64,000 nt of DNA, taken from NCBI GenBank assembly GCA_050575255.1, contig JBNZDD010013398.1:287360-351359 (forward strand). Reading direction: 5' to 3'. This stretch comes from Harriotta raleighana. Lineage: Eukaryota. The position numbers and the translations under genes are program-made. How positions within the stretch are numbered: position 1 is the stretch's first letter; the number at the start of each line of letters is the position of its first letter. Under the pieces are notes generated by a model. The model did no database searches, was not told the origin of the DNA, and was given only the letters and a program-made list of their open reading frames with translations. Shown piece by piece: positions 39,417 through 52,162 of this stretch.

Positions 39417-41191
39417 TGCAACTTGTCATGACAATCTGAGAACTATCAGTATCCAGATCAGGGCACTAGGATAGACATAAGGGTTTTGCGAATTAAAATT
39501 AAAATCACTTTTTAAAAGGGGTATTCTACGTTCAATGCTTAACTGTTTTTCTTTGTTAAATTCCGTTGACTCTGCAAGAGGGAATGTCTCATCGGGACTT
39601 TAATGCCTGGATTAATCAATTCTCATCTCTTCTATATCCAAGCTTAGCCAAATACAGTCAATGGTAAGAACAAATGAAAAACAAAATTAACAAAATAGCT
39701 TCTTGCTAATACAAAACAGCAGTAGACTGACATACCGATTAAGGCAATGCCCTTGTGTGACAAACGTATTAGCAATTTTATGCACCCTTAAGTGTCTTAT
39801 CCTGGAACTGACCCACAGAACAGATTATTTGTACTATACATGTTTGAAATGGAAAATTATGTATGACGTAAGTGAATATTGATTAAATCTCGAGATAATA
39901 ACAAGGGGATAACAATCAGAATTCATCTGAATGGAATGAAAACAAATGTACACAAAAATCTGATTCCTGTATTAAGCAGTAATTATTTCCAGTGCCAATC
40001 TAGATGCAGTTTACTCCACAGGAACCTAAATTAAATTGTTCTTGAACCAATGCATGTCATGCCAACGTAGCGGTTACATTTACACATCTTATCCATGTCT
40101 CAATTAACCTTGGCCTGGATAGAATAAAAGCATGTGTTTGCCGCTTTTTCTCATGGTCTCCAAACAGCTGACTGTATACCTGAGCATGGATCATCCAGTA
40201 AAATGTCTCCAGCTACACTTTGTAGCAAAGTCAGGCTGGTTCTGTACTGCTTAATAGCCATATGAAATATATTGTGCTGTTCTTAAATCAGTAATCACAA
40301 AAAAGTCAAAATTTGTTCAATCACCTGCGGCAAACTATGCATTTTTTTGTTACATTTGTACCAAAGTTGGCTTCCTTTCTCAATAATGTCTAATGTAATC
40401 TTTTATGCTTTAGTCTATTTTCAGATGTATTCTGTTTTGCATGTATAAGTAAACGTGATCAGGACAATCTTTACTATGTATGTGTTTATTGAAAACCAAA
40501 CACTTCATCACTTGCGTTCTACAGTTTTAGAACATATTGCACACATATAATGTGTACACATTTCTAACTAAAGTTTAGCTTCATTCATATTTTATAGCAA
40601 GTTATTGGGTGGTAATCCTCTTTTAATAATAATAATCTTTGTATTTGATAAACAACAATAACAACTTTGATTTACATAGTGCCCTCCACGCCGGAGACAT
40701 TTCAAAGCACTTCACAGAATATATTTTAAAGTGGATTCACTGCTTAATGTGAGTCTTTTCCTGAAAGATTTTGAAACATTATTCCAACATAACCATCATG
40801 AAGTCAAATAAAATCTAAATATTGCATTTGAACCAATACACTAAGTTAACATACATGATTGTCCATGAAAGAACGGCATACATTGGTTTGGCTTCTGTTG
40901 CAATATTCTGGCAAAATAATGGTATAACATTAAACAATAGTTACATCTAAAATAAAACAAACAAATCTGAACACACTGGATCCACATAATACTTCAATTT
41001 GACTATTCCATCTCTGTCAAGACCTAGAAATCAAATTGACTGGAACTGGAACAGCTATATGTCTATCAAAAAGCACATAAAAGAACACAACATTTTGCAC
41101 ATCGTGGGGACAAGGTGAAATAGTGTGTTAAAACATTATCTTTTTCAATACTTATAGACTATGGGTTCAATCCAAGCAAGATGAAATGAGT

Positions 41192-41422
41192 AAAAAAAAC
41201 ACAGAAGTTGCTGGGGAAACTCAGCAGGTTAGGTAGCATCCATGGAGAAAGCAAAGAAGGAAAGGAAACCCTTCGTCAGAAGTGAGTTCTGACAAAGGGT
41301 CGTGGACCCGAAACATTGACTCATTTTCCTTTCTCCATGGATGCTGCATGACATGCTGAATTTCCCCAGCAACTTCTGTGTTTATTTCATATTCCCAGCA
41401 TCTGTAGTATTTTGGGTTTTGT
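41192..41422. mobile_element. Palindromic Penelope-like insertion with 13-bp target-site duplication
   Basis: About 53-bp inverted arms (41198-41251 / 41329-41382), inner inverted pair ACCCTTCGTCAGAA / TTCTGACAAAGGGT, and flanking direct repeat AGATGAAATGAGT at 41179-41191 and 41423-41435. Family assignment is from memory. Confidence 0.7.
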
Positions 41423-44400
41423 AGATGAAATGAGTGTTTATTATCCCTCTCAAAGTGAGCATGAACATTTTTACATCAATCAATTATGGGAAGTCTCAGC
41501 CCAATTGTAGTTTTAGACCCACAGCAAAATGTTATTAATTCGAGCATCAATTTGTATTGATTTGGCTTTTTCATTCAGAGTAAACTGACATAGGAGTACA
41601 TGATGATGACCATCAAATAAAGAAAGCAATCTTGTTCTTGACAAGCAAAAAACATATTTATTTGACTACTGCAAGGGCATTAGAAGAACTGAGGGGTTTA
41701 CAGTTAATTCCTGGACTACAAAAGGCAAAAATCAGAAAGATTCCACTCCCAAATTCTATCCTTGGTGCAAAGTATCTGTGTGAATATTTCTTAATGAGAG
41801 AATTGAACTACGTTGTAGGTTCCTGGGCTGAACACCTGCTGGACAGCTTACAATGTAAGATCACATGCAAATATATATGGTGAGGCTTCAGAATGAAGTA
41901 GCATCTTTAGAAGCAGAGAATAGTCAAGCCACTCCTTGAGGACAAAGACTAATGCTTTTACAGTTCAGACTGTGTTAAACAGAGACATGGACTGGAATCA
42001 TAATCATGTACTTTGTGATTTTAAGAGATTTCTAAAGCTGGGTACTTTTGATGCAGAATTATTAATTATTTTTATTGTACTTTCCTGACGTTTACACCGG
42101 ATGTGTAAATGATGAGATAGATTTGTTTTAGGAAATAATGTTGTTGGATAATACATTATATAGTTTAGACTTCCATCTTCTTTCATCTTGCAATTCCTCT
42201 ATATGATTGAGTGTGGTGGCTTGGGGGAACGGTTAGGTTCGAAAACTGACTCTGTGATGTGGTCACTTGAACTAAAATGGATTGTTCCTCTCTATTCCCT
42301 TATTGGAATGGAATGTTTTTGGCAAATCTACTCCCAACACCAGCACCTGTACCTATAAGGCAAATAATCTATAAATTTTATTATATTATTTCACTGTTTA
42401 TTAAAATGATGCATCCCATCTGCAGGCTACATCAGCTTGACTTGGATTGGGGCACGCAGAGCATTTTGGAGTGCACAGACAACAAATTACTCTAATCAGT
42501 TGAGAGAGGTGAGATTTCAGGTTATATCTAGAAGGATGCTTTGATATATCTGGAGAATAACTTGACATTCAACTTGACATGCTCAGAAACTTCATTTAAT
42601 TGTTTATCTTACTTTGAATATAAACTAGTCATTTCTGGATTAGCAATGGAAGGGGTTGTTGGGAGGAACTATCCAACAATGATTTGCCTTTGCTAGGTGT
42701 TACTTTGCTATAATTTATCTTCTTTTTGGTATGCTAATCAAAATAGATTCTTATCTGCTGAACCAAGCAGCTTGTTCAATCAAGCAGAATGCAGTCATTA
42801 TGCATTGATCCTTCAACTAATTTTGAGCTATTTTAAGTATCCCTTGACCCCCACTTCGTTCACCCCGCGGAGCTTTCCACCGATTTAAGTATTTTTAACG
42901 AGCTGGCGAGAGAAACGATGCTGAAAAAAATGCTCTATATAATTTCCATAGTTAATTACTAAATGTGGATTTAAAACGTAAAATCTTATGTTGTATATGG
43001 TTTATGTGCAAACACATTCACTCTGTGCATAGAATCTGTAATATGCACTCCAAAATAGAGACAGGCTAATGCCATGTTTATTTACATATTCTAGTCTTGC
43101 TGTGTATCACTGAATAAATGTCATCATTAGTTCAATGAGATGGCTTGTAGATATCCAATGCATCTCAATTTCTACACAAATGATTGCAAGTTTTACTTCA
43201 TGTAATGATAAAAAGAAACACAAAGAGTAGACAATAAAAATTTTAATCTTGGAAACAAACAGCTGATTAATGTATCTTTATATTTTAAAATACTGATTGG
43301 CCTAATTTCCATTCTTTTCACTGTTGTTGCTTTTTTCGTTATTATGACTACTTGTTAAACCACTTAAGCATTAAATGGAATAACTGATTTCAAACAGAAA
43401 TTCTTTCTGCTTTTGTCGGAAATGATTGTAAAATGCAAATTTGGTTTTATGTTCAGAGCAACACATTAGCAAAATTATAGATGGATTTCTAAAACACATG
43501 CCTATAAATGTAACGCATCATTTGCACTATATCTTTCTAATTTACTTATTTAGAGATTATGTACATTTATCTGAAACAGCAAATACGAATAGGTTCTACC
43601 CAACCTGAATAACGAAAAAGCCAAGAACTGAGTATTATTTCTGAACCTCAGATGCTTACAAACTGGAACACTGTAATGTAAATGCAAATTCTAATATCAA
43701 GCAGATCAGTTCCCGTGTAATATTATTCAGATTGCATTGTCAGCAGAAAAATGCATGTATTTGTACACGAATGTTAATCCATATGGTGTCATATGTTACT
43801 TTGAGTCAAACCAAGAATGACAATTTATAGTTTCTGGTTGTTGTGCTTTATTTACACTGAGCAAAACATTTCCATTGCCACAATGAAATCCATAAGTAAT
43901 TAGTATAAGCATCTTGATGAATAGATTGAAATGATAATTACAAAAATACAGAGTAAAATGTGACTAAGAGTACAGGGAAGTTATCTTTGGAGCAGATAAG
44001 CAGTGTTTCAAATCATGTTAATTTTAGATCTAAATCTCAGATAGCTGATCAAATACTTATTCAAGATGAATTGATGAAATAGTTCAAAGGATTTATAAAA
44101 ATCCTAAACCAAGTTGTTTTAAATTACAGAAGGTACATTCTTGCCTTACCCTTTGCCTACTTTCCTAATCCAGGACTAGCTTTATTTGGCAAATGATAAT
44201 AGCATTGAACTGGACTACAGTATTCTGTTGATCTCTTTGGTTAATAGTAAGAGTTGCCCTGAATCCATTGGGTTTCATCCCAGTTGCTATTCAGTGGCCT
44301 TTTGAAAAGTGCTGTGAATGAATGTGGGACAGTACATGACATGAAATAGCTATGATTTTCCTCTCTCCCAAACTCCTCACAAACTCAAGAGTCTTATTGT

Positions 44401-44898
44401 CTTGCTGACATTCAAGGTCCCATCTCAAACCATAAAGTGCAGTTACTGGCCTTAGCAACCCAATGTGTGGCTTCTAACTTTGGTCATGTATAACATGATC
44501 TGATTGTGTGCTTTCGGGAAATTGATGTTTCCAAGATAAGTTTATTATTTGTAGAATATCTAAACTGAAAAAGCAAAGTATGTGAAACACAATTGCATAA
44601 AAATAACCAATTGTATTGAATTAAAGATTACACTGTGCAGAAAAACTAAACAACTATAATAGTCGATAATCTCAACAACTATAATCTTTTACAGAAAGGA
44701 AAATCAATGCTTGAAATGAACCTTGGATTATTTTTATTTCAACATTGTTTCTTTTTGCTTTTAGTTTGCTCCATTCAATTTTGTAAAAATATTACAAAAA
44801 TACTTGGATAATGTTACATAATTACTTGTGTAAATCATGTATGCAGTTGTTTGATTTTCTTTCCAGGTTAAACATTTGGTTCACAAATTTGCCTTTAA

Positions 44899-45000
44899 AA
44901 TAAATATTGTACTGTTACTTTATGTGTGTTAGCATTCAACTCTGCAACTATTTACTGAAATAAAGTGTATTATGCACATGCAGATATGAATGATAATAAA
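44899..45000 (+). terminator. Cluster of AATAAA signals, candidate distal polyadenylation region of the constant-exon 3' UTR
   Basis: AATAAA at 44899, 44959 and 44995; an earlier one is at 40123. The region is AT-rich, so chance occurrence is plausible. Confidence 0.3.
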
Positions 45001-45879
45001 ATTCTGAAGAAATTTTGAACTGAAATGATCTGACTTCTTGAATGCTGACCACTCATAAACAAACACCAGTTTTATATTTAACATCTTTTAATATAAAAAC
45101 GCCCATGTAAATACATTAATTAAGCATTTATTTAAATGGTTTGTAACCTGACACAATTGTGAGTGGAAGGAAAATACAATAAATTATTTTAAAATGTTCA
45201 TTATCGTCTTTTTTTCTGAAGCATAAGATGTAATTTCAACATTCATAGCATGAATTGAAGAAAAAATGGAGCTAGCCCCTGTTCAGCCTTGAGGGAGACT
45301 TCTGTACTACAACTTGTACATTTTAAGGACATTCGGATTTAATAAGCTAATGTAAAGGATATGTACTCATTTCCAGCAAAAGATGCACTTACCCTCTAAA
45401 AGAACTGATGAAATTTATTGCATGTTCACTGTACATATTTTATTATTGTTTTTGATCAACTTGATCAGCTGTCAATCCATTTTTGCAGACTTATCCCATC
45501 TTTTACATTGACCTTACTTTCTGTCGGAGTGAAGCAATTCCTCTCCCAATGCACCTTTCAATATGTGCTGTTGTTTTGCAACTTCAGACATTTCAGAGTC
45601 GATTCACCATTTGTGCCGCTTAGCAACAGAGCCTGTTTTCACTTTCAAAAATAAAACAAAACTCAATCTCCAAATCCAATTTACTGACAATTTTCCTCTT
45701 GTGACATTTTCCCTAAAGCATGATTTCCCCTGAATCTAGAGGAAACTGATAATTCCACAATAATACCAAGCAACTCACTTCATGGAATACAACAATAATA
45801 ATCCATGCATTTGATGTAGTGACTGCCTTATTATCTCTTCGAGATTTCTCAAAGTGCCTCACAGATTACACCAGTAGTA

Positions 45880-46100
45880 ATAGAATCATAGAGTGTTACA
45901 GCAATTGAGGTGGTCATTTGGCTCATTGTGCCTATGCCATCTCTTTGAAAATTTGTCCAATTAGTCCCACTCCACCACTCTGTCCCTTTAGCCTTTTAAT
46001 TTATTTTCCTTTCAAAGTATATATCCAACACCCTTCTGAAATTTTTTATTGAATCTACCTCCACCACCATTTCAGTCAATGCATTCCAAAATTGTCCCTC
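45880..46100 (-). mobile_element. CR1-like LINE 3' end fragment
   Basis: ATAGAATCATAGAGTGTTACAGC...GGTCATTTGGCTCATTGTGCC..., then GAATCTACCTCCACCACC...GCATTCCA, the reverse of a WN.L...VVE-type coding remnant. Confidence 0.55.
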
Positions 46101-48627
46101 ATTTCCTCAAAAGTAGTTGTACAGAATTATACTTCCTTCTCTATGAATTGGTAAAACTAGTTAGCATTAGACACATATGAGCTGAAACACCATTAAGCTG
46201 TTTCATTACTGTAGTACTGCATGGAACATTTCACTTGAAAAGACATTTCGAAATACCGTGACCTTTCAAAGCACCATGTGTTTATAAAACTCATGACATT
46301 CAGTCCCTACCACGATAATTGTAACCTCACTCTTGTGCCATGGATTGAACTGGGGAGAGAAGAAAGATATGATTCCCTCCATGGGTGTCACCATAAGAGT
46401 TGTGTGGTATGGCTGTGAATGAAGCAATCAATTCCCCTTGATGCAATCAACAAATTCAATTGGCTTTGGAGTCAAAGACCATAGTAGTGATAGAAAGAAG
46501 AAGTAAAAAAATGATTTATTTGCGCATCACAGAACAAATCGAAAGCACTTCGGGGGAGAAATGAAATGAAAACTCATCTAAGGTACATCTGGTAGAAGAT
46601 TCCACGTGACATTCTGGCAGAGATAAAATTGGCAAGTTCAGAGGAAAACGCACAAAGCACCCCTGTGATCTCAGTCATGCAAAGCTCTGATTTTATCTGT
46701 AGGGATCAGTTTTCAACAACAAATTACATTTGTATAGTGTCTTTCATGTGGGGAGCACGTCCCAAACACACTCCCTTAAAATTGCTTTGGAATCATGATA
46801 TATGAATCTAAATTTTCTCCATCTCTTGCATCTCACGAGATTGACTCCATCGAAAGGGATTATATGATGTACACAACCACATTGTCCAAATCGTTACCAT
46901 CCTAAGAAATTACTGCTTGTTCTACACATTCTGGATCATTTTCAGCTCGACTTGAAACTTGAATAATTCTACTTGTAGGAATAGAATATTTTGCTTCGGT
47001 TGTTTGGCTGCAATCCTCAAGACTGTAACAGTGGTAAACTTTTTCCTTTTATCATACGTGCAAACCTAACTTCTTCTCTCTTGGCCTTGTCCAATCAACA
47101 CCAATTTTGATCAAATGCCGACTTGTACCTTAGACATTATCTTAGGATTCAAGGAGCAAGTAGTCAGACATTCCGTTTCCTTGGCAACAGCGCTAAAATC
47201 ATTGTGCAGAATTGATTCCTGAGGTGTATCTGATAAACATTCACGTTCCTCCTAAGAGTTTTCACAGGAGTAACGCGTGTTACAATTGAAGGGGTTTCAA
47301 AAGAGAGAGCAAGATTATTTCTGTTTAAGCACTCTCTATCTGCCAAAAGAGTTATACCACAACAGAGAAATACGAGGAGAAAATATTATAGGTGCAACAA
47401 TGCATTGCATGGAGTTATATTGTTACTTGTTTCCAACGACTGTATGCAATATTATCAATCTGTGTTGCGCAAGGTAAAACTTAAATTCTCCCGGGAAACC
47501 ACATTAATTTTCAACGAACGTTCCGATTTTAGAACCGAAGTTTGCTGGACCAATTACAAAAAGTGCACAGAAAGTTTCATATGCTCCAGATAGTTTCAAA
47601 AAGTCTGTTACTTTATCCACGACAAATATACTGTTGAATACTATTGCTATAAATCACAATTACCTCACAAATTCCATGCCACAGATATGCACATCTCACT
47701 CAGATCCAAACATTCAAAATAATCCCAAAATAATTTGGGTTACCATTTGCAGATGCATCTTACTTGACTACTAGGCTGCAAAATCATTCATTCTACGTGC
47801 CAACAATCTAATTTTAGATTGAGTGTTAACGCCTTTTTTCATAGATAAAGAGATAAACATATTTTTACGTGTCTAATTTTAAGTAGTTTGCTATTTGTTG
47901 TATTTTTTCAGTTAGAACGGCCGTTTCTACCACTTCACCACTGTTTACAACTCCCGATGAACATTGTTGACAAAGAAATGAGCCTTCAATCTGCATTTCC
48001 CTTTTCAAAGGCCCCATTGCTTGCTGCTTCGATTCGTCTTTTATTTATAAGATAACACAGCGGAATCCCATCAACATAAATTTGAACCAACCACAAATGG
48101 GCAATCCAGGCCATAAATGTACGTTTTAATATATATAAAACTGTTAGGCGAAATGATAGAAAAAAGCAGTAGGCATACTTTAGGGATGACTTTGTTTCCT
48201 TTGCTTATTATCCAGTATTGAGTGCAGAATTAATTTTCTTCCCCTCCGGGAATTCTGCCAAAGGTCGGATGAAAAATATTCCAAGCCTCATTAAGTTTGG
48301 ACATTCGCTAAGAACTCCGGGAGGCAATTTTCACTCGAGTGCACAATAATGAGTTTAATAAGTTGACTCCAAGAAAACACTCACATATATACTCAGAATA
48401 CTGCCGAACATGCAGAATGAATACTGGCAGTTTAATAGCTATATAGCAATTTCGCTTTGGTTAATGTGTTGCACAAGCTGAATAGCACTTATTGATTGCT
48501 GAAAAGTTTGAAATTCAAGGCACTTTGAAATTTCTCCTTTTGTTTTTCTAGAAGAACACCAGCAGTAAGATCATGTCAAATTCAATGTGCATTTCAGTAC
48601 TGGAACATTCTCAGCGGGCATTTAGTA

Positions 48628-48810
48628 TGGAAGTGGGGGGGTGGGGGAGGGGGTAGGAAGAAGAGGGATGAAGAGAAGGATGGGGCGGGATGGGGGGAGA
48701 TAGAGGGAGAGAGAGGAAGAAAGAGGAATGGGGGTGGGGTGGTGGGAGAGAGAGGAAGGGGGAATAGAAAGGCAGGTAGGGGAGGGGGTCGGGGAGAGAG
48801 AGGGAGAGCA
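48628..48810 (+). repeat. G/A-rich low-complexity purine tract upstream of V4
   Basis: Many G-runs of 4-7 and GA repeats, directly visible. Confidence 0.85.
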
Positions 48811-49126
48811 ATTCTAATTAGCACGAGAAAGGCTGAAAAGATGTTGAGAAACATTTGAACATTATATATTCCGGTTCTTTGTTGTATGTCTTGCACTGCA
48901 GAGTGAAACATTAATTCCTCACTTTCAAAACTATCGTGAAGCATAAACCGGAATGGCGCTATCTGTATAGTTGCTGTTGTTATTGGAGGGGTGTGTGTGT
49001 GTGGGAAGTGTGTGTGTGCGTGGGGGTGGGGGGGAGAGGGTGGGGGTGTGGTGTGTGGAGGGGGGGATCCTCAAGTGAAGAAAACAGTTTCTTTGCATTA
49101 AACTGTTACGCGTTGAATCTCTTGCA

Positions 49127-49152
49127 GCTGCTGTCCGCTACTCGGTGCTGAA
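49127..49152 (-). promoter_or_regulatory. Non-canonical (gapped) RE1/NRSE REST-binding site
   Basis: Minus strand TTCAGCACC-GAGTAGC-GGACAGCAGC: a perfect left half-site and a GGACAGC right half-site with a 7-nt instead of 2-nt spacer. Confidence 0.65.
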
Positions 49153-49591
49153 ATGTGTGCGGTACTTAAAAACCCTGCACAACAAAACACACACAAACCA
49201 AACCACCTCCACACACACTCACTCACTCATACATTACATACACATACGCGCGCGCCTGTAGTCTAATTAAAGTACAAATCGGCGTTACAAGAGAGCATTA
49301 CATTCCTTCCCGGGTCGATGTCTGGAGAATAGATTAAGATCGGCGCTCCAAAAGAATCCTCTTCCTCACCTCCCTATTTCTCAGGCAGCACAGATCCTTG
49401 CCAGGAATCTGAACAACTGAATGTGTTTCACAACGCACGGGAACTTCCCCTAAAAGTGGATAGCTACCAGTCTATACTATCTGTCTCCCTCCTCCCATCC
49501 CTCCTCCATCACGCACCCTTTCGACCTCTCTGCGATCAATACTCACAAGAACAAGGGAGATATAATTTACCCTCACCTGCGGTTGTGGAAA

Positions 49592-52162
49592 ATGTTTACT
49601 GGATGGAGAAAGGGGGCACTAGCCAGGCAAGTGGTGTGTTTTATCGCCGTATCCTTCATCGGCGACTTGATTTCTGCCCAGATCCGCTATTCGATTCCCG
49701 AAGAGTTGAAACACGGCGCTTTTGTGGGGAACATTGCTGACGATTTGGGTTTGGATATTCGTAAACTCTCAGCCCGAAGGCTGCGCATCGTTTCCGGGAC
49801 TATCAAGCAATACCTAGAGGTGAATTTAGGCAACGGCATCTTGTTTGTCAATGAAAAGATAGACAGAGAACTATTGTGTGGCGAAGGAGTTACCTGTTTT
49901 CTGCACCTGGAGGTGATTATCGAAAATCCGCTGGAGCTTTACCGAATCGAGGTGGAGATTCTGGATGTGAATGACAATTCCCCGGTCTTCTTGAGGAAGG
50001 AGCTCGAGTTGGAGATCATAGAGTCGGCTTCGCCCGGCACTCGCTTCCCCCTGGAGAGCGCACAGGATCCTGATGTGGGCAGCAACTCCGTCCGCACCTA
50101 CCGGCTCAGCCCCAATGAACACTTCATCCTGGATGTAGAGACGCGCAGCGATCGCAGCAAATTCGCCGAACTGGTGCTGGAGAAACCGCTGGACAGGGAA
50201 CAACAGCGCAGTCACCACCTGATCCTAACCGCCATTGACGGGGGAGTGCCGGTAAAGTCTGGCACAGCTCTGGTCAGTATTTTGGTCCTGGACGCTAATG
50301 ACAACGTGCCTGTCTTCGAGCAGTCCGTTTACAAAGTTAGCTTGTTAGAAAACACGCCCAAAGGCACACGAGTCGTGAAACTCAGTGCCAGTGATTTGGA
50401 CGAAGGCTCCAATAGCGAAATAGTGTATTCCTTCAGTAGTCATACTCCGCCTAGTGTCCACCAACTGTTCAGTGTGGATCCCAATACGGGTGAAATTAGA
50501 GTCAATGGTATTGTTGACTACGAGGAAGCAACTGTTTATGAGATTTATGTGCAAGCCAAGGATAAGGGCGGCCCATATGCAATTCCCGTCCATTGCAAGG
50601 TCCTAGTGGATATAATTGATGCCAATGATAATGCCCCAGAAGTGATATTGACCTCGCTGTCCAGCCCAGTCCAGGAAGATGCTACACCCGGGACTGTGAT
50701 CGCTCTCATTAGCGTTACAGACCAAGACTCCGGTAAAAATGGCCAAACAAACTGTAGGATCGGCCAGAATCTTCCATTCAGACTCCAAACCTCCTTCAAG
50801 AACTATTATACTCTGGTGACCGCCGATCCTCTGGACCGAGAGCGTGTCTCTGAGTACAATATCACAATTACAGCCACTGACTTTGGAAACCCTGCTCTGT
50901 CCACCCAAAAATCTATAGTCCTTAAGGTCTCAGATGTGAATGACAATGCGCCAACATTCACCAAACCTTCCTACACAGTGTATATCATGGAAAATAACGC
51001 CCCAGGAGCCGCTGTTTGCTCCGTATCTGCACTTGACCCCGATTTGAATCATAACTCCTACTTGTCCTATTCCATCCTAGATAAATCCATCCAGGGATTA
51101 TCGTCCAGAACCTACGTGTCCATCAACTCCGATAATGGCAATATTTACGCGTTAAGGTCCTTCGACTATGAGCAACTCAAAGGGTTTCAGATCGAGATCC
51201 AAGCCCAAGATGCCGGGTTCCCACCTCTCAGTGGCAAAGCGCATGTCAACGTCATTATATTGGACCAGAACGACAACGCTCCGGTCATCTTGTCCCCAAA
51301 ACCCAACAATGGTTCCGCGGCGTTAGAGACTGTCTCTCGAACTGTAGAGCCCGGTCACTTGCTGATCAAAGTCAACGCCGCTGATGCCGATTCGGGCAAG
51401 AATGCACGGCTGTGTTATCAGTTGCTTCAAGCCACCGATTCGACGCTGATTAACGTGGCGCTGTACACGGGAGAGGTTAGGACAACCAGGCGCATTGGGG
51501 ACAACGAGGCCCCCAAGCAAACGTTGCTGATCCTCGTGAAAGACAACGGACAACCTCCGCTTTCAGCCTCCGTTACCATCATCTTTTCAATCGTGGACAG
51601 TATCACGGAGCCTGTGCCTGATGAGGTCGGCGATTTGTCTATCAAAGAAGAGCACACGTCCGACCTCACGTTCTACTTAATTGTCACTCTGGGGTCCATT
51701 TCGTTCGTCTTCCTGCTGGCCATCATTATCGTGGCTGCCACCAAGTGTCACCAATGCAGAAATAATGTCCACGATTACAGCTGTCCCTTGGTACGATGCC
51801 CATGTCTCCAGCGAGTTAATTCGACTGATGTCTTGAAAACGTCGAAACTCAACCTTCAAGTGACCACCAACTCCAAGGTGCCCCATGAGTTTCTGGAGGT
51901 TGGAGGGAGTGGTCACCTCCCTTGTACCTACTATTACAAGGTCTGCCTGACTCCTGAATCCGCCAAGAGTGATTTTACTTTTCTCAAACCATTCAGTCCA
52001 GCAACTCCGAGCGACAACAACAGGAACAATACAGACCCACAGGAGACAGCTTGGCAGAAACAAGGCACAAAACCTCTCAACAACTGTCTGTCACCCACGA
52101 AGATCAACCGCAGAGCTATTGAATCTCGCAAGGTAGAGTCGAGTAGGCCTCTATCCCATCAG
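49592..52162 (+). CDS. Protocadherin variable exon V4 (857 codons; C-type/PCDH10-like cytoplasmic motif), first gene of the next subcluster
   Basis: The ORF track starts at TTG 49583; the first ATG is 49592 ([15 protein letters not shown]...QIRYSIPEE). Six EC repeats, TM, phase-0 donor CAG|GTGAGA at 52162/52163. Confidence 0.93.
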
